Positions 25,660-36,486 of a stretch of 64,000 nucleotides of DNA are shown here, piece after piece (within the stretch, counting starts at the first letter, position 1; every line of letters begins with the position of its first letter). Source of the stretch: Macrostomum lignano (lineage: Eukaryota); the NCBI GenBank assembly GCA_002269645.1, contig NIVC01000420.1:1-64000 (forward strand). Reading direction: 5' to 3'. The notes below the pieces were generated by a model. It saw nothing but the letters and a program-made list of their open reading frames with translations. It did not search any database and was not told where the DNA came from. The position numbers and the translations under genes were made by a program.

Positions 25660-26575
25660 GATTGAGATTCTTTGAATGAGATGCCTTGAATAGAGATACT
25701 GTACTTTAAATAGAGATTCTTAGAATAGAGATTCTTAGAATAGAGATTCTTTGAATAGAAATTCTTTGAATAGAGATTCTTTGTGTTGTGTACGGCTTGT
25801 ACGCCGGTTGGGGTTCTTGCGTTCTGCATGATTGGCTGGGGGGTTTTGTCTGTCTGCCCAGACCGGCCTAGGCCGGGTGGGGGGTTTGCTGAATCATGCT
25901 GGTTAGTAGGTAAATTATAATATAAGTGCGCACCGGCCTTTCAAGCCTTTGTTACTTTTCTACCCTGCAATCGCTTCTCGCATCGTATTCATTTGGCCAC
26001 GCTGCCTCAAAGTACAACACTTTGAACAGAGATTCTTTGACTAGAGATTCTTTGACTAGAGATTCTTTGACTAGAGATTCTTTGACTAGAGATTCTTTGA
26101 CTAGAGATTCTTTGACTAGAGATTCTTTGACTAGAGATTCTTTGACTAGAGATTCTTTGACTAGAGATTCTTTGACTAGAGATTCTTTGACTAGAGATTC
26201 TTTGACTAGAGATTCTTTGACTAGAGATTCTTTGACTAGAGATTCTTTGACTAGAGATTCTTTGACTAGAGATTCTTTGACTAGAGATTCTTTGACTAGA
26301 GATTCTTTGACTAGAGATTCTTTGACTAGAGATTCTTTGACTAGAGATTCTCTGAATAGAGATGCTTTGAATAGAAATTCTTTAAATGAGATGCCTTGAA
26401 TAGAGATACTGTACTTTAAATAGAGATTCTTTGAATAGAGATTCTTCGAATAGAAATTCTTTGAATAGAAAAATTCTTTGAATAGAAAAATTCTTTGAAT
26501 AGAGATTCTTTCAATAGAGACGCTTTGAATAGAGATGCTTTTACTAGAATCCTTTGACTAGAGATGCTTTGAATA
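25660..26575. repeat. 15-bp minisatellite (CTAGAGATTCTTTGA and AATAGAGATTCTTTG variants) interrupted by a solo LTR
   Basis: Tandem copies on both sides of the insertion. Confidence 0.95.
25784..26019. mobile_element. Solo LTR, 236 bp
   Basis: Termini TGTTG...CAACA, flanked by a perfect 5-bp direct repeat CTTTG (25779-25783 and 26020-26024); internal TATAATATAA. Confidence 0.8.
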
Positions 26576-26922
26576 GTTAAACTAAACTCTGTTTAGCTAG
26601 CTAGACTCTAACTTTGCATGACAGCCAACTAGAATAGGAAAATAGATGATACACAGTGCACTGGAAAGCACACTCGATCACAGATGTGTCGTTAACCCGA
26701 TAGCATGCAGTGTTGTAGCCGACTTGGTTGCCGGACGGGTGGTAAGAAACTGGGTCATCAAGATATACAGATGATGAAAGTCTCTTTAGACCCGGCAGTG
26801 TATATATTGTTCGGGCAAGCGATGTGAAAAATTGAGAGAACATCCTCGAGCTAGACAAACTTTTTAGTCCTCAAAAGCCGCGTAAGTTCTAAAATAATTG
26901 AGTAGACAACTGATATTTTACA

Positions 26923-27186
26923 ATGCTGCCAAGAGACACCACCCTGGCCTGCCTCGGCGTCCTCATCCTGATGCTGGGCTCAGTGGCGTCAACCTCAGCC
27001 ATCATCGACGGAGCCTATCTGACCTGCTTGGAGCGCACCTTTGCCATCGACTGTTTCAACGACCGCGATTGTCTGTGCAGTTTGACTGAGCCGAGCTACA
27101 AGTGCCTGTACACCATGACTGGCCGACGGCAGTGCACTGTTGACTGGTCCTCGGTGAACGAAGAAGACCCGCTGATTGAGCGCTAG
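26923..27186 (+). CDS. Small secreted cysteine-rich peptide of unknown family
   Basis: Hydrophobic signal peptide (LACLGVLILMLGSVASTSA), mature part with 6 Cys (C-x8-C-x5-C-x-C-x8-C-x9-C), GC-rich coding island in AT-rich flanks, downstream AATAAA. Confidence 0.7.
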   Translation: MLPRDTTLACLGVLILMLGSVASTSAIIDGAYLTCLERTFAIDCFNDRDCLCSLTEPSYKCLYTMTGRRQCTVDWSSVNEEDPLIER

Positions 27187-27439
27187 TCTAGATACGAAGT
27201 ATTTGACTTTTACTGCTTGAGAACAATAGCTGATGGTTACAGTAAAAATTAATTATTTAAAAAAATAAATAGTAAGAGATCTGCAGCTGGCGGTTTTTAT
27301 TCAAAATAAACCATAACCTTCAAGATCCTAATTATAAATATAAACGAAACGCTAAAAGAGAGCTGTCTGACTTAATTAATTCATCATTGATCCATTCCAT
27401 CTTGAACACGTGTATGGAGGGCAGAAACATTTTAGCAGT

Positions 27440-27627
27440 CAAGGACTACTCAAGTAGAAGGACTGGAAACAAATCAAAAGATGAACATTGGGATCAGCCT
27501 CCTATCGAAAGCAACAACAATTTTTGTGCTGAAAACTTCCCATCTCCGTAGTGTATTTTTTCGGAAAAACCGGCCTCCTAAAATTTTCCAAGAAACGCGG
27601 AGGTTTCCTCGACTTGAGTCGTCCTTG
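27440..27627. mobile_element. MITE with CAAGGAC.ACTCAAGT TIRs (P-like termini), copy 1
   Basis: TIRs CAAGGACTACTCAAGT / ACTTGAGTCGTCCTTG; 8-bp flanks TTAGCAGT / ATAGCAGT (7 of 8 identical). Confidence 0.8.
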
Positions 27628-29542
27628 ATAGCAGTTTAATTCTTGCGAGCATAAATTTTAACGAAAATTTTCTAAATATGTTAAAACAAAGAACAACTAA
27701 GTCGTTGGAAATAAAAGCTGAAGCTACATGTAAATGCACGCGCTCGAGTAAGGCACGAGTAATACAAAATGCATAATTTATGAATCGGTATATACGTATT
27801 TACATTATCCACATGTTGCAGTTTAGAGAGCGATTTTTCCTTTTTTCCACGCTAAAATTCTTTCTCCCTTGCTTTTAGATGCAATCAACAGCTTTCAAAT
27901 TCCACATGTGTGCTTTAAAAAGTTGTCCTAATTGTTGTTCATAGCAAAAAATACTGCAATGCAAGAATGACTTTTGTATTCCTTGACTGGAAGTATATTA
28001 TTTCTCATTGACTACTCAAGCAACGGAATGGAAGACTTGGCAAATTATGTTGAAAAAACTGAAATTTATTTAAATATCTGTTCGTGGAGTTTCATGTTCG
28101 TGAAGGCAAAAAAAATATACTTTGAGAAAATAAATCTTTGAGAAATGCAGAGAATCGCAGCAAATGCCATGCTGCTACGCACGATGAAGAAATTAATTAA
28201 AAATGTACATGCATGACAATGAAAGATGCAAAAGCTGGCAAACAAATGTAGAATATAAACCGACGCAAAACATAAAAATGATCGTAACATGTACAGAGTT
28301 AAAAATATGCTAAAAATCGCAAAATTTAAATAGTGAATCACTCAACTAATCAAGACACCGATGGATAAAATTTACTCGTGCGCTCGTGTCCCGACATGAA
28401 TAATCACGAAAATTTTCAAATTTGAGCGTAAAATCTCTACACACTTAAACAAATCCGACTGCGCAATAGCAATTTGAGATTCATAAGCGGGTTTCAGTGC
28501 TGAAATAATCCTACAGAGTTGCTAATACCGATAAAAAAAATTTCAACAGTGAAAAACGAAGTAGTAACAATCCGAAAGCGAAAGAAGGCGCTATTTTAGT
28601 ATCCTACTAATTTTACTTTTTGTCTTTTTTTAGTACCTTCTTAGTTTGCCTTTTTCAAGTAAAGTAAGTAAGTAAAGTAAGTAAAATAAATGTGGAGCTA
28701 CGTTGTTTTCGGAAAACTAAGTTAGTTAGAAGTCTAGATACTTATTGCAGATACACTTGAATTATATATAACCCCATATTCATAGCCCATAGCCATGCAG
28801 TTATGTCAATTGTCATATATAGTGATATAGTTTATCTAGGCTAGGCACAAGATATAAAATATTTTTTGTGCTCAGTTATCCTTTTAAAATCCACATTTTT
28901 TTATCCATGCAATGGATAAATTCATATTGCGCAGGTTTTTCATTATCAGTATTAATTATGATTGAAATAAAAACATTTTTCTATCAACTCAAATTTTGTT
29001 TTTAATGTTTGAAAATACGCAAATAAAAAACAAAAAGTTAATTTTAATAAAAAAATTTTCTAGGTCTAAATGCTATTTTTAAATCAAAAAGTTATATTTT
29101 TTGTTAAAGTTTCAATTTTGTGCTTTTTTTATCCTAGTTTTTTTATTTTTATTAAACAATAATAGTTAAAATATTTACTTTTAATATATATATTTTTATC
29201 ATGCTAATCCAATTCCAATTGATATGTTGGCTTAAATCTAAAATATATTTGTAACTTTATGGTTAGATATAGATTCTAGGATGACTTCGTTATTGAAAGA
29301 AAAGAAAAAGGAAAAAGAAAAAAAGAAGGCAGTAATGAGGGGAAATAAAAAAGAAAGATTTGGAGAGTCTTTGTGGGCCAAAAATTTAGCTGTTGTAATT
29401 CTTGTATTAGGCCAAAAATTAGTACTTAACAATTACAAGCCATTGTTTAAATAAAAGCTAGGCTAGGTCTATCTGTATCGATTTTTTTCTTGAAACCTAT
29501 TCATGTGCATCCTATGGATCTGCTGAGTAACCAAAGTTTGTA

Positions 29543-32500
29543 ATGGACAATGCAAATTCCTTCCTAACAACTGGAGCTGTCACTGAGGGTGCGCTGATAG
29601 ATTCGCAAGATTCATTTGTGAAGTGTCCACTAAATACAAATTTTTCAAGTTCAGACATGGAAAAAAGCACTCTAGAGGCAGACCACCAAAGAGTTGATGA
29701 CTTAAAAAATCGTCAAGATAGCGAATGTTCTCAAAACTTGCCTGTTGAAATTCACCATGGCTCTCAAAGTGCTCAGGCTATTGGAGTTCATCAGAGTAAC
29801 ACATACTCAGAGTCAAGTGAAATGCATAACCAGGATCGTGCTAGTGCAGAAGATCAACCAGCGATTGATACTAATTTGAAGGGTCAGGAATCAACTGCAA
29901 ATGCACCAACTGAAAAATTGCAAGAATCCAATGAAGCATTCACTCAGCAAACTGCATTTAGCAATTCTATTGAAAATTCATCGTCTAATGGTGATTGTGA
30001 AGTAGATCAAGCTTCTGCTCCACTTGAGGATGATCAGCGTGATGCAGCACAGCAGTTGCGAGTAAATAAGTGTACTGATGCTCAGCCTGCTTCAAGTGCA
30101 AGTACTCAAGTTGCAGATGAAGGAGTATCACCACATCCGGTATCAGATGGTTTGTGCACTGTTGAACAATTAGCATCTGCAATCGGCGATACCACCGGAG
30201 AGCAGGCTGGAGTATTGGCTTCGAATAATGAAACTAAGCTGATGACGGATGACGAAGATGATGATAACGATCTTGGCTCAAATAAGAACAAATCGTTTAT
30301 GTCTTTTCACGATGAAAAAGTTTGTGAACCTGAAACTGCTAAGCCAGGCCCAGATTCAACTGAGTGTGCAGGGTCCAGCAGCAATGAAAAAGTTGGTGAA
30401 CATGAAACTGCTAAGCCAGGCCTAGATTCAACTGAGTGTGCAGGGTCCAGCAGCAATGAAAAAGTTGGTGAACCTGAAACTGCTAAGCCAGGCCTAGATT
30501 CAGCTGAGTGTGCAGGGTCCAGCAGCAATGAAAAAGTTGGTGAACCTGAAACTGCTAAGCCAGGCCCAGATTCAGCTGAGTGTGCAGGGTCAAGCAGCAA
30601 TGAAAAAGTTGGTGAACCTGAAACTGCTAAGTCAGGCCCAGATTCAGCTGAGTGTGCAGGGTCAAGCAGCAATGAAAAAGTTGGTGAACCTGAAACTGCT
30701 AAGCCAGGCCCAGATTCAGCTGAGTGTGCAGAGTCAAGCAGCAATGAAAAAGTTGGTGAACCTGAAACTGCTAAGCCAGGCCCAGATTCAGCTGAGTGTG
30801 CAGGGTCCAGCAGCAATGAAAAAGTTGGTGAACCTGAAACTGCTAAGCCAGGCCCAGATTCAACTGAGTGTGCAGGGTCCAGCAGCAATGAAAAAGTTGG
30901 TGAACATGAAACTGCTAAGCCAGGCCTAGATTCAGCTGAGTGTGCAGAGTCAAGCAGCAATGAAAAAGTTGGTGAACCTGAAACTGCTAAGCCAGGCCCA
31001 GATTCAACTGAGTGTGCAGGGTCCAGCAGCAATGAAAAAGTTGGTGAACCTGAAACTGCTAAGCCAGGCCTAGATTCAGCTGAGTGTGCAGAGTCAAGCA
31101 GCAATGAAAAAGTTGGTGAACCTGAAACTGCTAAGCCAGGCCCAGATTCAACTGAGTGTGCAGGGTCCAGCAGCAATGAAAAAGTTGGTGAACATGAAAC
31201 TGCTAAGCCAGGCCCAGATTCAGCTGAGTGTGCAGAGTCAAGCAGCAATGAAAAAGTTGGTGAACCTGAAACTGCTAAGCCAGGCCCAGATTCAGCTGAG
31301 TGTGCAGGGTCCAGCAGCAATGAAAAAGTTGGTGAACCTGAAACTGCTAAGCCAGGCCCAGATTCAACTGAGTGTGCAGGGTCCAGCAGCAATGAAAAAG
31401 TTGGTGAACATGAAACTGCTAAGCCAGGCCTAGATTCAGCTGAGTGTGCAGAGTCAAGCAGCAATGAAAAAGTTGGTGAACCTGAAACTGCTAAGCCAGG
31501 CCCAGATTCAACTGAGTGTGCAGGGTCCAGCAGCAATGAAAAAGTTGGTGAACATGAAACTGCTAAGCCAGGCCCAGATTCAGCTGAGTGTGCAGAGTCA
31601 AGCAGCAATGAAAAAGTTGGTGAACCTGAAACTGCTAAGCCAGGCCCAGATTCAGCTGAGTGTGCAGGGTCCAGCAGCAATGAAAAAGTTGGTGAACCTG
31701 AAACTGCTAAGCCAGGCCCAGATTCAGCTGAGTGTGCAGGGTCCAGCAGCAATGAAAAAGTTGGTGAACCTGAAACTGCTAAGCCAGGCCCAGATTCAGC
31801 TGAGTGTGCAGAGTCCAGCAGCAATGAAAAAGTTGGTGAACTTGAAACTGCTAAGCCAGGCCTGGGTTCAGCTGAATGTGCAGAGTCCAGCAGCAACGAA
31901 AAAGCTGAAGCTCCTCAGTCAAAAATGGCCCCCGGTGACAAGGAAAAACAGGCCGACGAAAATGCCAACGAGGATTTGGATCTAGGAGTCGGAGCTGACT
32001 TGGAATCGTTGAAAAAGGTGTCAACTGCCCCAGAGCACATGTTGGAACGAGCGTCTCATAATCACACCGTTATGTTTGACATCAGCAAGCTTAGCAATGT
32101 CAATTTTACCGAGCGCCCCCTTCCGCCCTACAGCAAATCTTGGCAACGACGCATGGATGCAGATGACTATGTTCGCCTAGCCTACCATACTAACAGATGG
32201 AGTGAAATTAGGAAAAACCTATTGTCATTATGCAGTGCTAATGTTACTTACTATCACTTGGAAGAAGTAATTATGCTCTGTGGCAGTTTAGATCGCGACA
32301 TTAATCAATTTGACGTGCTTCGGCATTTTTTTACCCAAGAAATGGAGCCAGCAGAAGCTGATCACTTGCTCAAAAATCTGTTGCCTAGAATTGTAAATCT
32401 TGCAGTCTCCCTGCCAGATCTAATCAAAGCGCCCATTCCTCTGCTGAAACACAGGAAAGTAATGAAGCTGAGTCTGTCCCAGCAGCAGATTGCTAGTCTT

Positions 32501-34380
32501 CTTGCGAATGCATTCTTCTGCACCTTTCCACAGCAAGGCGGACCTTATAGCAGGTTTCCAAGCATCAACTTTCACAGGTAAAAACTGCGAATTCTGAAGT
32601 ATTGATTGATTTCTACCTATACCCTGATCAATTAGCTCTTAGTTTGAGCTTTATTATACGTTTCTCGTAGTATGTTTTTTTTGAAAACTTGTTCCTTTTC
32701 AGTCTGTATTCGTCAGGAGGGCATCAGAGCCCGTGCGGCAGACGGTTGGAGAAGTTGCGCTGTATCTTTAACTACTTTAACAGAATCACTAAAAAAGGTA
32801 AAATGTTAAAGCAAATCAATTAGTAAATGAACCTGAAAATTGAAAGTAACACCTATTTAATGCATTGCAGAGCCATATGGTGTGGTAACCATTAGTCGCA
32901 GGCGTCTGAAACAAAACTTAGACTGGTGCTCTCGCGTTGAGCCTATTCCAAAACTACTTCACGTTAGCAGCATCGGCACCATTGAAGACACAGACGGTGA
33001 ATTTCTGGAGGCAGATTTCGCAAACAAGTACATCGGAGGCGGAGTTCTCGGTCACGGCTTTGTGCAGGAAGAGATTCGCTTCTCCATTTGTCCGGAACTC
33101 ATCGTGACCCGCTTGGTTGCCGAATGCATGGACGATCGGGAGGCTCTGCACGTGAAAGGATTCGAGAGGTTCAGCAATTACACCGGGTACGCCAATAGTT
33201 GCCAGTGGGACGGCAACCACCAAGACGCCAGGTCGATCGGACTGGACAGGCGCCGCCGGTCTCACTTGGTTGCTATGGACGCGTTGAAATTCAGCAACTG
33301 GCGAGAGCAGTTCTGCCGCAACAACATCAACAGGGAGTTGCACAAGGCTCTGGTGGCATTCGGTGACGTCCCAAGAAATCAGCGTTCTGCCATTGCCACT
33401 GGCAACTGGGGCTGTGGCGCCTTCAAAGGCGATGTGAGGCTGAAGTTTCTCATCCAGTTGATGGCCTGCGCCGTTGCTGGCCGAAGCATGGCTTACTTCA
33501 CTTTCGGTGACAAAACTCTTCAGCAGCGCCTGCTAAAAATGCACCGCTTTCTCACTGATAAAGAAGTTTGCGTTGGTGGCGTGTACAGCGCCGTGATTGC
33601 TTTCACCGAGCATCTGGACTCCAGTTGTCACGGTGGTTGGCAATATAATTCAGATTCTGCACCGGACTTGTTCGAATTTTTGCGTAATTATGTGCTTCAC
33701 GGGCCCACTGTTCCACCTCCAACTGAGCCTTCGATAAGCAAAAAAGATATTCGTAAAGCTTCGAAAAGAGCAAATGCCAACAAAAAGAAGCAAGAGCGTC
33801 AGCAGAATTCGTCGGATGTCCAAGAGTCGAAGCCAGAAAAATCGCAGCCGGAAGAGTCGAAGCCAAACAATGAACTGAGCGACCAGTCGGGGCAAGTACA
33901 GGTAGCAAACGCCGAATCAGAGAAGCAGGCAACAGCAGCAGATCTAAGCGATGCAAATTCTGGTGCCCAGGCGCAAGAGACACGCTCATCGGACGGTGAA
34001 TGGAAGCAGCAGAAAAGGAAGAATAAGCCCAACAAAAGCGGTCTCAAGTCGAGTCAAAAGTCGAAGTCTGCGACCGAGGAGCAACTGAGCAGCAAGATGA
34101 GCAATATGAATCTTTCGTCGACGACGCCACAAACCAACCGTAGGTTTGCATTTGCTGTCCGAATCCGATTTTTGCTGTCCGAACCCGATTTCATTGTCGA
34201 TTAAAACTTTTAATTTTTACAGGTGGAGAAAACAGACGTAAACGGTGCAGTGAGTCGAGCAGATCGGCCGGAGCCGGGCCGGGCGCCACCCCGCGGGGCT
34301 GCGCAGAGCAGCTTCCGGAGCCCAGTAAAAAAAAATTAAGGAAGGACAAGCGGAAAAAGCAAAACAAGAACAAAAAGTGA
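29543..34380 (+). CDS. PARG: Poly(ADP-ribose) glycohydrolase PARG-A with long repeat-rich N-terminus, 4 exons
   Basis: Exons 29543-32577, 32703-32797, 32871-34139, 34223-34380 (phases 2,1,1). SLLANAFFCTFP, DFANKYIGGGVLGHGFVQEEIRF, YTGYA, ATGNWGCGAFKGD; Lys-rich C-terminus. Confidence 0.95.
30310..31900 (+). repeat. 72-bp coding tandem repeat (22 copies of a 24-aa unit) in PARG-A exon 1
   Basis: Unit NEKVGEPETAKPGPDSAECAGSSS with few variant positions; frame preserved throughout. Confidence 0.97.
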
Positions 34381-35069
34381 TTATCAGTGTTCTGCGCATC
34401 TAGAATTGTGGTTTCAACGTTTTATTTAAAGTATTAGTAGCTACCTTCCTAAATCTGGCTTTCAACCTAATGGCCTTCTAAATATAAGAGTCTGAATCGG
34501 AAAGCCTGAAAATTGACGCGGTGAATCTATAGGTGTTCTTTGTTTAAATTAAAAAAAGTAGCTCAGAGGCTGCTGCCCATAGATCTTATATTCCATAGAT
34601 AGGCCACTTTGTATTGCGGCAATAAGGAAAGTGCGACCGCTGGTTTTCGTCACTTTTGCAAGAAAAGCCGATATGGGTTGCTACTAAAGCTACTGAAATT
34701 TTGTTTAGTAGCTAGGAGACATAGACGCTATTTTTTAGACTTCGATAGAACTTCTCATTAAGTAAGGGTATAGATATGTTCAAGCAGTAGTAGCACTGCA
34801 GAGATTACTGATGAAATTGAGTTCAGTAAATGATTTTCGCGAGTTGCAAAAGTTTTTCGCATTAGATTCTATGGCCACAACTGGTTAAATAGTAGGTTGT
34901 GTATATGCTTTTGAAGGTAGACAATGAGTGCCGAAGTGGCGAATCATTGTCTATGGAAAAACCATATGCACAAGAACATTGTCACATAGACAAAGCCTAC
35001 TGGCAATGCTTCTGATTGTCACACATTCAATATGCTTAGACCATAGACTAATGGTCTGATTTATTTATT

Positions 35070-35416
35070 TCAGTGCTCTCTAATGTAGTTGAAAAAGCGC
35101 TGGATGGCAGCCCTGATGCAGACGAGGCTTAATGCTGAATACAGTTCGCCATTGGGCTTGACCAACCAAAAATAGTAAAGACGTAGGTGCTCGTTAAGCT
35201 TCTCCAGATCCACCGTTTGTAGAGCATCCAGAGGATAGCCCAGGGAGTCCATGTAGCTTGCAAACTTCTCTCCATGCTGTAGCATTTGATGCTACAGATT
35301 TGATGCTCTGGCGCTCGCCAGACAATCGTTGTCACGCACTGGGACCGCTGATTATTTATCCATTGTTTCATGAATGTATTTTGAAATCTATAAAACAAGG
35401 TTGTTGAAGATGACAT
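35070..35416 (-). mobile_element. Degenerate Crypton-type tyrosine recombinase / KCTD1-QRICH1-ZMYM-like fragment
   Basis: LEKLNEHLRLYYFWLVKPNGELYSALSLVCIRAAIQRFF resembles the conserved N-terminal helical region of Crypton-derived proteins; frame broken by stops and shifts. Confidence 0.5.
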
Positions 35417-35985
35417 AGAAAGTTTGACTTTTACCTTTATTTTGCCACAGTTAATCGGTTTTTGAAGCTATTTATCGTTTCAACAATAGGTTATCCAAAT
35501 AATCTGGTAGACTTTCAGTCTAAAGAGGTCTAAACTTTTCTGACACGGTCATAAAATAAGTCAGACGATAAAAATTGTATTTGTCTGTTCGAACTCCTTG
35601 TTCAAAGAGGTTCTGTATAATTTGGTCTTAATAATAATTATAATAATTATAATTATAATAACAATAATAATGTCACGCCCAGCGCTGACCACACAAGTGG
35701 CCTAAGGGGAGGGGGGGCGTCAAATATATATGAAAAACAGACAAACATCGCGCCAGTTTTAAATTAGTAGATAAATAGGTTTAAAATAAATTTGTTACAC
35801 GCTCCTATTGATTTTCAAAAGGTAGCGTGTCATTGATAAAGAAAAATAGTTGCTTGCGTTTTTACGTTATTTTTATTAGGTTTTTGACGTAGGGATATAG
35901 AAGTGTTAAAAGAAACAATTATACTATTTTAGACTTTTGGATGTCTCTAGGATCAATAAGAACAAAATTGTGTCGATCTTTAAAC

Positions 35986-36254
35986 CAAGGACGACTCAAG
36001 TACGAGTAGAAGGACAATTTCTTGGAAAATTTTAGTAGCAAAAATTGATATTGCTTTCGATAGGAGGCAGATCCAATGTTCTTCTTTTGATTTGCTGCTG
36101 TGCCTTTCTTATGGCTCTATTGATATTCACAAAGTTTTTCGTTCAGAAAATTAGGATTCTTCACATCTCCGTAGTGTATTTTTTGCGAAAAAACCGGCCC
36201 CCTAAAATTTTGCAATAAACGAGGTTACCCGTCCTTTTACTTGAGACGTCCTTG
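35986..36254. mobile_element. MITE with CAAGG...CCTTG TIRs, copy 2
   Basis: Perfect 8-bp TSD CTTTAAAC (35978-35985 and 36255-36262); absent at the paralogous position upstream of PARG-B2. Confidence 0.9.
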
Positions 36255-36486
36255 CTTTAAACTTGTTTATTTTGCTTGTATTGAGAGTTTAGATTCTATA
36301 TATTCAGATTTTCTGCTTAACTGTCACATGCGAAAGAAATGTTCTTATTTTAACTTTCGCATCAAATATTAATGCTGCAACGATTCCGTTTCTTCATGCA
36401 GTAACCGAACTAAGGTTTTGCGATTTCTGTCAACTAAATATTTTGTTATTTCATCTTCCGCTGCAAAAAGCGGTTATTTTATCTCA

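Noticed and set aside
26601-26858. Minus-strand 85-aa ORF with ECAFQC, divergent from the Cys-rich peptide
   Set aside because: Only a weak PAN/apple-like hint; no signal peptide, splice context or other support.
30307-31985. Antisense 529-aa and shifted-frame ORFs over the PARG-A repeat
   Set aside because: Expected by-product of a stop-poor 72-bp unit; only the + frame joins the PARG domain.
35671-35799. TGTCAC...GTTACA segment resembling a mini solo LTR
   Set aside because: No target-site duplication and no second copy in the window.
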